From an uncultured Spirochaetales bacterium (lineage in GTDB: Bacteria; Spirochaetota; Spirochaetia; SZUA-6; CAZLRN01): a stretch of DNA of 41,577 nt. Below are positions 31,854-40,034 of the stretch, piece by piece. The notes under the pieces were generated by a model, which saw only the letters and a list, made by a program, of their open reading frames with translations, had not been told where the DNA came from and ran no database searches. A program made the translations under genes and the position numbers. Position 1 is the stretch's first letter. Each line of letters starts with the position of its first letter. The stretch covers positions 1 through 41,577 of the forward strand of contig CAZLRN010000001.1 in assembly GCA_964561715.1 (NCBI GenBank), read 5' to 3'.

Positions 31854-33242
31854 CTACCCGGGTTCGGCAAAGCGAATGTGGTAATCCTTGCCACTCTCAG
31901 TTCGTAACACGTAACTCTTTTCCATAACATTTTTCGGCACGGATTTCAACTCTGGAAACCGGTCTTCTTTGATCAGAGTCATAGTCAATCCGGCATCAGT
32001 GGCATTGAGTTTGGCTATGCTCTTTGTGGTTTTATTGGTTGTGATGCCAACGATGTCCATTGCCTCTTTGATAAAAAGATCTTTGCCCTGCCGTGCCGTG
32101 AACGAATCCTTGCCCTTGGGCAGGGGATGCTCTTCGACCAGTAGTCTGAAATTGATCCTTTTGCCGCCTGCGAGACGGAAGGCGATGAGAAGGACCAACA
32201 CCAAAAGAGCGAGCACAATCGGGATTAGCCAATAGAAGTTTTGAAACAGATTATTCACTCGGAATCGAGCTCGAAGCACGGTGTCGAAATGCTCTTTGCT
32301 TGCGAATTGAAAGGTAAAGGTTCCTTCATATGAGCCAGGAACGAAATTTTCGTCAAAAAAGAGGGAAATGTGTATCCGCGTTTCGCCCTCGACTGGCAGC
32401 TCCACAAGATAGGGCTTCAGTAGAAGGTTCTCCTGTGTCAACCCGCCTGCGTCGACCCCTATGGCCTCTATCACGATCTCTACCGGCTCTCGGTAGAGGG
32501 ATGTTTCGATATTAAGGGCCAGATCAGATCTTCTGTTGTAGTTGACGGGAGAGAGTATTGCCTCTCCCTTTACCTTCATCGTCCCTACCAGATCGGGCAC
32601 AGCGTCCGTTATCTCGGAAGCTGTAGGCTCTTTGGGAGTTTCTATGTAGTCGGCGGCGAGGTCTTTGGCCAGCTCCCTGGCGGATTCGGTTCCCAGACCC
32701 AGAACGATGATTTTCCAGCCTTCTTTTTGTGTTTCGCTGGTCACCTCGAGATACTCGTGGGATACCGTTCCGTCCTTGGAGTAATATTTGCTGTTAGGGG
32801 GTGGTTCGTGTTTGCCGTCGGTAATGAGAAGCAAGGTTTTGCGACGCTTGCGCCCTGAGCGTTTCTGCACCTCCTCCTTGAGCTTGTCCAGAGCATTTCC
32901 GATGTCCGTCCAGTCGCCATCGGCCTGGAGGCTGTTGATGCGTTTTTTGATTTCTTCTTTGCTCTCCTGGCCATTGATGAACGCTGATATGGCCACTGGA
33001 GCCTCTCCAAAAAAGCTGACAACGAGGAAAAAATCTCCATTTTGAAGCAAATCATCCACAATACGGGTATTCACATACTCCTTGACAGCTTCGATTTCTT
33101 CTTCCATGGACAGGGATTTATCAAGAGCTACGATAATATCGATCGGTTCGTCTCTTTCATCGGCCAAGGCCGGAGCAACAACCATCGAGAATGCGAGCAG
33201 AAGAAACAGAACAAACTTCGGCGCATTCGCTCTTTTTTTCAT
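31854..33242 (-). CDS. Membrane protein with a signal peptide, a vWA domain, a TM helix and a beta-rich C-terminal domain. Paralogue of 13769-15046.
   Basis: The signal peptide is MKKRANAPKFVLFLLLAFSMVVAPALA. The MIDAS motif is IIVALDKSLSME, and LLLITDGKHEPPPNSKYY is also present. The TM helix is FYWLIPIVLALLVLVLLIAF. The ORF track extends to 33281. Confidence 0.85.
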   Translation of the reverse strand: MKKRANAPKFVLFLLLAFSMVVAPALADERDEPIDIIVALDKSLSMEEEIEAVKEYVNTRIVDDLLQNGDFFLVVSFFGEAPVAISAFINGQESKEEIKKRINSLQADGDWTDIGNALDKLKEEVQKRSGRKRRKTLLLITDGKHEPPPNSKYYSKDGTVSHEYLEVTSETQKEGWKIIVLGLGTESARELAKDLAADYIETPKEPTASEITDAVPDLVGTMKVKGEAILSPVNYNRRSDLALNIETSLYREPVEIVIEAIGVDAGGLTQENLLLKPYLVELPVEGETRIHISLFFDENFVPGSYEGTFTFQFASKEHFDTVLRARFRVNNLFQNFYWLIPIVLALLVLVLLIAFRLAGGKRINFRLLVEEHPLPKGKDSFTARQGKDLFIKEAMDIVGITTNKTTKSIAKLNATDAGLTMTLIKEDRFPELKSVPKNVMEKSYVLRTESGKDYHIRFAEPG

Positions 33243-33303
33243 GTTTTTCCCCCGTTCAGTTGAATTTTTTATACATTGCATTATATTTCTTGAAATGGAA
33301 AGT

Positions 33304-33317
33304 AAAAAAAAAAAAAA
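33304..33317. repeat. A14 homopolymer in the divergent vWA/cfpA promoter region
   Basis: There are 14 consecutive A at 33304-33317. The tract is about 60 nt upstream of the vWA ATG (33242) and about 80 nt upstream of the cfpA-like ATG (33397). Confidence 0.9.
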
Positions 33318-33396
33318 CTTGCTTTACTTTTTATGGGAGATGTGAATAATCATATTTATAGATCGGATATATCAGTATAGGTAAGGAGAACAAACC

Positions 33397-35454
33397 ATGG
33401 CTGCTATAGATCTTCCAAAAAGTCCCAACGTTTTCCATCCAGAGAAGCCTAGTGCGGTGGGTTCGAGGAACTCTCTTGCCCAAGAGTTCAGGGATCAGCA
33501 GGCAGAGGTTGATCTGCTCTTATCAGAAGAGGTGGATAAGGTGATGAACCATATCACCTCAAAGCTGCCGAAGGAGACTTTGGAGAGATTAGACGTAATG
33601 GGCGGCTTGAAGGAGAAGATTTACAACTACTTCAACCAAAATTATCAGAATATGTTCAATCGCTACACGGTTACTTCCGAAGACGAGATGATCAAAAAGG
33701 TCCGGGACTTCATCGACAAGGAAGAAACCAAGGTGATGGCCCGATACACACCCAAGGAGATCGCTCAGCTATTAGATCAAATCGGCGGTGCAGACAAGTT
33801 CAACACAGGGGAAATCGAGAAATCCATCATAAATATGTACGGGCACCTGCAGGGGCATGTTCAGAGGGGTGTCAATGACCTGGAAAATCTCACGAACTCC
33901 CTTCTCAGACAGAAGACAGATGTTGGAGCCTTCATCCGCGGTGAAAATGCCTACGCCGTTGTCAAATGTTCCTTCAAGGACAACGTCAACCGGCCCAAAA
34001 CTGTATCCGATGTCAAGCTTTCAGTCAACATATTGGATTCAGAATTGATCAGCCCCATCTTCCATTATCAGGTCACAGTGGAATACATCATAAAAGATCT
34101 CCTTTCGAAGTACATAATGGAGAAGCTCGACGCGGAAATCGAGATACTGAAAGAGAAGTTGATCGACGAGGGTAGGGAAGAGCTCAATGACACCGAGATC
34201 ATCTTCGAAAAGATGGGCAGAGTTGACAACTATGCAGGAGACGACAAAGAGAACCCCAAGTCGAAGCGCTACCAGTTCTTCGGAAAACACCTGATGGACA
34301 GAATCGAGGGGCTTCGAGCCGAAATCGATCCCAGCGAGTTCGATCCGCTCAACATTCGTGAAAACCTGAAGAAAATCATCGACATCGAAAATATCAGAAA
34401 CCGCGGCTTCAACACGGCCCTGAACTCGATTACTTCGATCCTCGATACTTCCAAAATGGGTTACCAGTACATCGAAAACCTGAAGAACGCCAGGGAGATG
34501 ATTCTTCGCGAGTACGAAGACACCGACCCGGCAAATCTTCCTGATGAGCGGTATCAAATCAGGATGAAATACTACGATAACGCCCAGCTTATCGAGGAGC
34601 GGAAGGCCTACGATGCTCAAGTTAAATCTTTTGAGGTCGAAATACACCATCTGTGGGATGTCCTGGAGATGGTTTATGTCGATTCGAAGTTCATGAAGGG
34701 TATCACGGATTTTAACGATCTTGCCAAAAGCAAGCGGAACAAGATCCGAAAGAAGATCAAAGCCGTGACCGGCGATCCTCTCTACGAGGATATCGAAAAG
34801 AGCTGGGACGAGATCTCCTTCCTGAAGCCCGGTGACACTGATGTCGAGCGCATGAACCGAACCTACGTTTTTGAAAAGGATCACCTCAAGAGAATGCTGA
34901 TTCTCATGAAGGAGAGACTCCAGCAAATGTATGGGTTCCGATATCCAATTCAGCGACGGGTTACCGAGGATCGGCTGAAGTGGTTGGAAACGGAATTCTT
35001 GAAATTCGACTATATGATCAATCCTTATCACATCCAGCCCGGCTTGTTGCTCGATGTGGACATCGTTTCAATCAAGAGAAAAAAGGCGACCCTGGATGGA
35101 ATGGCAAATGTGTTGAACGAGTTCCTCCACGGAGTATCTAAAGGATTTCAGGATGCTGCGTTCGCCACCTTCTCGAGGCGGCGGTCGACGATGAGAGAGG
35201 ATATCGCTCAGAGTTTTGCCGCCTCCTCCCAGTCAGCCGACTTGATGTCAGCAGGAGCGAGCGAAGGAAGCACTTACCTGGATATGCTGAATCAGCCGGA
35301 GGCAGCCTCAAGCCCTGAACCCAAGCCCGCCGCGGCTGCTCCAGCCGGGAGGCCACGTCGTGCAGCAGCAAAGCGAGGTGCCGTGGACGCTCCGAAAAAG
35401 AAAGCAAGCAGGCGGAGTAGACGATCTCGAGGCGGCGCTTTGAGAGAGATATAG
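33397..35454 (+). CDS. cfpA: Cytoplasmic filament protein A-like (CfpA-like) protein
   Basis: This is a 685-aa, highly charged helical protein with a strong SD (aaggag) upstream. It sits one gene upstream of ppdK, the arrangement I recall from Treponema pallidum (TP0748, TP0747, TP0746). The assignment rests on size, composition and synteny, not on an alignment. Confidence 0.6.
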   Translation: MAAIDLPKSPNVFHPEKPSAVGSRNSLAQEFRDQQAEVDLLLSEEVDKVMNHITSKLPKETLERLDVMGGLKEKIYNYFNQNYQNMFNRYTVTSEDEMIKKVRDFIDKEETKVMARYTPKEIAQLLDQIGGADKFNTGEIEKSIINMYGHLQGHVQRGVNDLENLTNSLLRQKTDVGAFIRGENAYAVVKCSFKDNVNRPKTVSDVKLSVNILDSELISPIFHYQVTVEYIIKDLLSKYIMEKLDAEIEILKEKLIDEGREELNDTEIIFEKMGRVDNYAGDDKENPKSKRYQFFGKHLMDRIEGLRAEIDPSEFDPLNIRENLKKIIDIENIRNRGFNTALNSITSILDTSKMGYQYIENLKNAREMILREYEDTDPANLPDERYQIRMKYYDNAQLIEERKAYDAQVKSFEVEIHHLWDVLEMVYVDSKFMKGITDFNDLAKSKRNKIRKKIKAVTGDPLYEDIEKSWDEISFLKPGDTDVERMNRTYVFEKDHLKRMLILMKERLQQMYGFRYPIQRRVTEDRLKWLETEFLKFDYMINPYHIQPGLLLDVDIVSIKRKKATLDGMANVLNEFLHGVSKGFQDAAFATFSRRRSTMREDIAQSFAASSQSADLMSAGASEGSTYLDMLNQPEAASSPEPKPAAAAPAGRPRRAAAKRGAVDAPKKKASRRSRRSRGGALREI

Positions 35455-35460
35455 AGAAAA

Positions 35461-35493
35461 AATGGTGACCCGCTCGGGTCACCATTTTATTTC
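35461..35493 (+). terminator. Rho-independent terminator after the cfpA-like gene
   Basis: aatggtgaccc (35461-35471), loop gctc, gggtcaccatt (35476-35486), then ttatttc. Confidence 0.85.
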
Positions 35494-35521
35494 GCTAATT
35501 AGAGAATGGTTTCTGAACTTT

Positions 35522-35551
35522 TTGAAGCCGCGAGAGTATACGTCACATAAT
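35522..35551 (+). promoter_or_regulatory. Candidate sigma70-type promoter for the 35645 gene and ppdK
   Basis: TTGAAG (35522-35527), an 18-nt spacer, then CATAAT (35546-35551). Confidence 0.35.
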
Positions 35552-35644
35552 CGTGCTCATGATAAACTGCTGTAGCGACGCTCCATTTCTTAATAGTGGG
35601 AATTATCCAACACCATATCTACAGAAGGGATAAGGGAAAACATT

Positions 35645-36691
35645 ATGAGTGTAAATCTCGAATCTCAGTACGAAGGCCTCAGTACAAGAGAAGGCTTTAA
35701 CATCTCCCTACGCCATTTTCAGTATGTGTCAGAAGTGATGGGAGATTTTGAAAGCAACGTCAATTTGGCTGATGCTGTCAACGAAGGGATTGGCGACAAG
35801 ACGATTCAACAGGAGCAGATCAAGCCGATAATCAATGCCCTGCTCGTAGATCGGTACAAGTATCACTACTCCTCTTACAATATGAATGACAACGTCGAAG
35901 ACTTCAAGCCAATTATCGATGAGGTGCAGAAGTGGACAGCCGTCGATCTGGTGATGGCATACTATTCTCCCGAGCTCGGTTTGACACTGGTCAATCCCAA
36001 AAACCCCGAGCACTGGCAAGCTGTCCGGGTTTTGAAGAAAGTCGAGCTAGTCACCATCTACTGTGGAGCCTATGAGACAACCACTAAGAATAAGGTCTAT
36101 TCTGATGCCATTGATAGGCTTATCGGTCTTTTCGAGGGCAAGAAGGCCAAGACGCCTTCTGTCTTGACCGGCGGAAAGTTCAGATACATAGAAAAGAGGA
36201 CTCCCAGAGAACCCAAACAGGCGGCACGAAAGGCGAGACCACGGCCTAAAAGAGCAGCCCCTGCGAAGAGAGCATCTTCTCAATCCACTTATCCCACGCC
36301 GCAGGCTCCTGCGCCTGCACCAGCGCCTCCTCCGCGTCCCGAGCCGGCACCCTCGGCAGCCGCCCGCATGACTCCTCTTTATGGCATCACTGTCACGAAT
36401 GAGTTGTTCCATAACGGAAACGTCGAAGCTTGGAAAAAGATCATTGAGAGTTACGAAACCTATCATGAGGGATTGAAGGTCTTTGTCTTCTACGATGGTG
36501 AGCGGATCAATGATCTCAATACTCTCTTCAAATGGGGAAAGGTGAAAAGAGGCACGGCGATCATGATCGCCGTTGCCGGAGAAAACATAAGAGATGTAGC
36601 CAAATTGCAGAAGTACCTGAGACAGGGCGCCAGTCATCTCTTTGAAGCTTTCTTAAAGGGCGCACCCAATAAGATTTTGCAGCTGTTCTAA
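35645..36691 (+). CDS. Hypothetical two-domain protein with a central basic Pro/Ala-rich linker, in the position of Treponema TP0747
   Basis: The linker is KQAARKARPRPKRAAPAKRASSQSTYPTPQAPAPAPAPPPRPEPAPSAAA. The globular N- and C-terminal parts match no family I recognise. Confidence 0.75.
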   Translation: MSVNLESQYEGLSTREGFNISLRHFQYVSEVMGDFESNVNLADAVNEGIGDKTIQQEQIKPIINALLVDRYKYHYSSYNMNDNVEDFKPIIDEVQKWTAVDLVMAYYSPELGLTLVNPKNPEHWQAVRVLKKVELVTIYCGAYETTTKNKVYSDAIDRLIGLFEGKKAKTPSVLTGGKFRYIEKRTPREPKQAARKARPRPKRAAPAKRASSQSTYPTPQAPAPAPAPPPRPEPAPSAAARMTPLYGITVTNELFHNGNVEAWKKIIESYETYHEGLKVFVFYDGERINDLNTLFKWGKVKRGTAIMIAVAGENIRDVAKLQKYLRQGASHLFEAFLKGAPNKILQLF

Positions 36692-36712
36692 TACAAGATA
36701 TGAGGAAGACTG

Positions 36713-39349
36713 ATGAATAAGAATATCCATTTTTTCAGCGAGAAGGAATTTGTCAATAAGGAATCGGTCCTCGAGCGTATAGGAGTGAGAGGCAAGCTGG
36801 CCATGGAGCTGGCTGCTCTCAAACTGCCCATCCTGCCAGGTTTTGTGATCGACGCAGATGTGGCATCGGATCTGGAGAATGAATCCATCATTCCGCATCT
36901 GAAAAAATCCCTCGCAAAGCTGGAGACTATTCGCGGCCGCGTTTTTGGTGATCCTGAAAATCCCATGCTCGTCAAAATAGTCATCAGTCCCAGCACTGTC
37001 ATTGCAACCTCTCCGACTCTTCACAACTACGGTCTTACGGATCAGACGATAGATGGATTTGCCAAGTTTGTCGGGCCAAAATTCGGATATCATGAGATCC
37101 TCTTTTTAATTAAGGGAAATCTTGCTATAGAAGAGCGAATCGCTGAATTCGAGGAGCGGTCCGCTGACCTAAAAAAGATCCAGAAGGCTATCGCCGATGT
37201 CGACGAAGAACTCGAGAAGGGGCTTTCCGTAGAGGCTACAAAGAAGAGTATTGAGCGCTACAAAGCCCTGCTACCCGACGGTTTTTTCGACGATCCATAC
37301 ACTCAGCTGGAAACGGCTATTAAGCGCATAAGCCGCATGCTGATACTGGACGAGCTGGACAATAGAGAAACGGCGATTCTCATCCAGCCAATGGTCTACG
37401 GCAATTATGGAAAGGATTCCGCCAGCGGAATGTTCTATACTCGCGATATTGCAACCGGCGAAAAGCGACTCCAGGGAGAGTTCTATCAGGACAAGTTTGA
37501 TTCCTGGGGAGAACCGGGTCAGGATATAAATAAGATATCGCCCACCTACCTTAAAAACCTCGAGAAAATTGCCCGCTCTGTTGAGGACTACTACAAAGAG
37601 ATTCGATCGATGAGATTCACGGTCGAAAATAAAAAGCTCTGGTTCATCGATCAGCGGGCTGTTTTAGCTAAGTCGACTCAATCAGACCTGAAGACTCTGC
37701 TCGACCTGCATCAGCGCAAGATAATTGATGACAAGTATCTGATCCAGAACATCAAACCCACACAGCTCGTCGAGATCCTTCATCCCATTGTTGATCTCAA
37801 CTCGGTCAAGCAGCTGAAAAGCATAGAGGGCGGCATCTCGGGCGCCCCGGGCGCTGCGGTGGGGAGGATTTACTTCACCACCGAAGGCCTGCTCGAAGCC
37901 TACAGGAGCGCACAGCACCAGGATGTGGACACTCGGGTTATTCTCTGTATGCCTGCGACATTTGCAGAAGATGTCAAGGCCATAGAGGTCGCGACCGGGG
38001 TTCTTTCCAACGAGGGAGGATATGCAGCTCACGCGTCGGTTGTGGCCAGGCAGTATGGTAAGGTATCTCTCGTCAACAACGATCTCAGGATAAGCGGAAG
38101 AAAAGCCACCATCGGCAAGATAACGATCAATGAGGGAGACTACATCACGTTGAACGTTCCCAATCACGGTGACCCGGCTATATATCTCGGTCAAGCGAAT
38201 TTAATAGAACCGAATCCCGAAGAGTCCGGGCTGATGGATTTCATAAAAATCGTGAAGAAACACGTGAAAGATTTTCATGTGAGGGCTAACGCTGATACGC
38301 CCAGGGATGCCACATTGGCGAAAAACTTCGGCGCTGCGGGCATAGGTCTCTGCCGAACCGAACACATGTTCTTCCACGAAAAGCGAATCAATGTCTTTAG
38401 GGAGATGATTCTGGCAGACTCGAAAGAGGAGAGGATCAAGGCCCTCAATAAATTGAAGCCTATACAAAAGGTGGATTTCTACAAGCTCTTCAAGATCATG
38501 GAAGGCTACCCGGTTACGATACGACTCTTGGATGCACCTCTTCATGAGTTTCTCCCCCACAACCCCGACGAGATGGATGCTTTCGTCGCCTATCTCAATC
38601 AGGGAAGGAAGAGCAAGATTTCCAAGAAAGCGGTTCAGCTGCGTTGTGAGGGATTGGAAGAGTTCAATCCTATGTTGGGGCACCGGGGATGTCGAGTTGC
38701 TGTCTCGTATCCTGAAATCTACGAAATGCAGATGAGCGCCATTTTCGAAGCCGTTTATACGCTCCGCAAAGAGGGTGTCCAGGTTCATCCGGAGATTATG
38801 ATCCCGCTTATCATGAACGAGAACGAACTGAAGCTCATCATCTACGGAAAGAGAATCGAGGGACAGCACATCAAGGGGCTTTTCGAAGTCGAGGAAGAGG
38901 TCCGCAACCGGCTAAAGGCAAAGGCGGTCCCGTACAAAATCGGTACGATGATCGAGCTGCCGGTTGCAGCTCTAGGGGCGGGGCATATTGCCAGGTACGC
39001 TGAGTTCTTTTCCTTTGGAACTAATGATCTGACCCAAACAACAATCGGCCTGTCGAGGGATGACTTCAACAGCTTTATGCCCGACTACACCCAATTCGAC
39101 ATCCTTGAGGGAAATCCGTTCCAGTATCTCAACAGGCATGTCAAAGAGCTTATCGCAGCAGCTGTATCTCGAGGCAGCATGACCAGACCCAATATCAAGC
39201 TGGGTTTGTGCGGCGAACACGGTGCCGTTCCGGAGAATATCGCATTCTGTATGAGTACGGGATTGAACTACGTTTCGTGTTCCGCCTATTCAATACCGGT
39301 GGCGAATCTGGCGATCGCGCAGTATAATTTCGAGCACGCTGATAGCTAA
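36713..39349 (+). CDS. ppdK: Pyruvate, phosphate dikinase
   Basis: Contains the phosphohistidine region EGGYAAHASVVARQYGK, plus GIGLCRTEHMFF, MLGHRGCR, FFSFGTNDLTQ and LGLCGEHG. It is 878 aa, and aggaag precedes ATG 36713. Confidence 0.93.
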   Translation: MNKNIHFFSEKEFVNKESVLERIGVRGKLAMELAALKLPILPGFVIDADVASDLENESIIPHLKKSLAKLETIRGRVFGDPENPMLVKIVISPSTVIATSPTLHNYGLTDQTIDGFAKFVGPKFGYHEILFLIKGNLAIEERIAEFEERSADLKKIQKAIADVDEELEKGLSVEATKKSIERYKALLPDGFFDDPYTQLETAIKRISRMLILDELDNRETAILIQPMVYGNYGKDSASGMFYTRDIATGEKRLQGEFYQDKFDSWGEPGQDINKISPTYLKNLEKIARSVEDYYKEIRSMRFTVENKKLWFIDQRAVLAKSTQSDLKTLLDLHQRKIIDDKYLIQNIKPTQLVEILHPIVDLNSVKQLKSIEGGISGAPGAAVGRIYFTTEGLLEAYRSAQHQDVDTRVILCMPATFAEDVKAIEVATGVLSNEGGYAAHASVVARQYGKVSLVNNDLRISGRKATIGKITINEGDYITLNVPNHGDPAIYLGQANLIEPNPEESGLMDFIKIVKKHVKDFHVRANADTPRDATLAKNFGAAGIGLCRTEHMFFHEKRINVFREMILADSKEERIKALNKLKPIQKVDFYKLFKIMEGYPVTIRLLDAPLHEFLPHNPDEMDAFVAYLNQGRKSKISKKAVQLRCEGLEEFNPMLGHRGCRVAVSYPEIYEMQMSAIFEAVYTLRKEGVQVHPEIMIPLIMNENELKLIIYGKRIEGQHIKGLFEVEEEVRNRLKAKAVPYKIGTMIELPVAALGAGHIARYAEFFSFGTNDLTQTTIGLSRDDFNSFMPDYTQFDILEGNPFQYLNRHVKELIAAAVSRGSMTRPNIKLGLCGEHGAVPENIAFCMSTGLNYVSCSAYSIPVANLAIAQYNFEHADS

Positions 39350-39418
39350 TGGGGATCGTGTAGCGCGAAAAGATGGTCCGATAGGCCAAATCGATAGGCC
39401 AGGTCTAAAAAAGCGATC

Positions 39419-39964
39419 CTAAACAATGGTGAACTTGTCAATACAGGCGATAATGGCGGTAGTTGCGCTTTTAGCGTCTGCCTTCGCTATTTTCGCTTCT
39501 TCGTTGAGTGTCCTTTCGAAGAACACCCTGAGCGAGTTTATAACGTTGTCTCGAAGATAGAAGATAAACGAAAAATTGATTCCCGTAGGTTTCAGGATTG
39601 TAAAAGAGCCATAGGTATAGATGGGATCCTGGCTGACCATAACCTTTGACTGGTCTTTTGCCGTATAGACGGTGAGCTCCGAGAAGCGGTGGGGGATCTT
39701 TTCGTTGGAATCACGTCGAAAGGGCTCGATAAATTTCTTGGGATAGGCAGGCGGTTCAACGAGGACAAAGAGCTTGTTGCCATTACTTTGGAATGTCAAG
39801 CCCTCGGTGGAGAGATAGAGGCTTTTTATCGCGCCGTAGGAAACCACCTCAAAAATGGAGTAAGTGGAGGTTTCGCTGAGAAAAGACGACACGACGTATC
39901 CGCCGTCTCTGGGCAGCTTGTCCTCAGCGTACGCTTGAAAAAGGTCAAGAGCTTTAGTTGCCAT
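39419..39964 (-). CDS. Hypothetical cytoplasmic protein (181 aa)
   Basis: ATG 39964 is preceded by AGGAGG with 7-nt spacing, and a near-consensus promoter lies upstream. No family is recognised. Confidence 0.7.
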   Translation of the reverse strand: MATKALDLFQAYAEDKLPRDGGYVVSSFLSETSTYSIFEVVSYGAIKSLYLSTEGLTFQSNGNKLFVLVEPPAYPKKFIEPFRRDSNEKIPHRFSELTVYTAKDQSKVMVSQDPIYTYGSFTILKPTGINFSFIFYLRDNVINSLRVFFERTLNEEAKIAKADAKSATTAIIACIDKFTIV

Positions 39965-39984
39965 GCCTATTCCTCCTACGATTG

Positions 39985-40012
39985 ATTATAAAAAATAAAT
40001 CTGAAGTGGCAA
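39985..40012 (-). promoter_or_regulatory. Near-consensus sigma70-type promoter on the minus strand for the 39964 gene
   Basis: Read on the minus strand: TTGCCA (40012-40007), a 16-nt spacer, then TATAAT (39990-39985). Confidence 0.5.
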
Positions 40013-40034
40013 GGGAGATACAGAGGTCATTCGG

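Noticed and set aside
34039-35031. A 330-aa ORF antisense to the cfpA-like gene
   Set aside because: Glu/Lys/Asp-rich genes use GAA, GAG and AAG codons, which leaves stop-free antisense frames. The translation is low-complexity and Leu/Val/Phe-rich with no start context. I treat it as a shadow ORF.
36047-36637. A 196-aa Arg/Cys-rich ORF antisense to the 35645-36691 gene
   Set aside because: It is the reverse complement of the Pro/Ala-rich linker (GC-rich, stop-poor). Its composition is not protein-like.
37682-38869. Two long antisense ORFs (170 and 222 aa) inside ppdK
   Set aside because: ppdK is unambiguous on the plus strand. The antisense translations have no recognisable features.
39350-39418. 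Direct repeats gataggcc (twice) between the convergent ppdK and 39419 genes, considered as a terminator
   Set aside because: There is no convincing inverted repeat or T-run. The duplication is too short to interpret.
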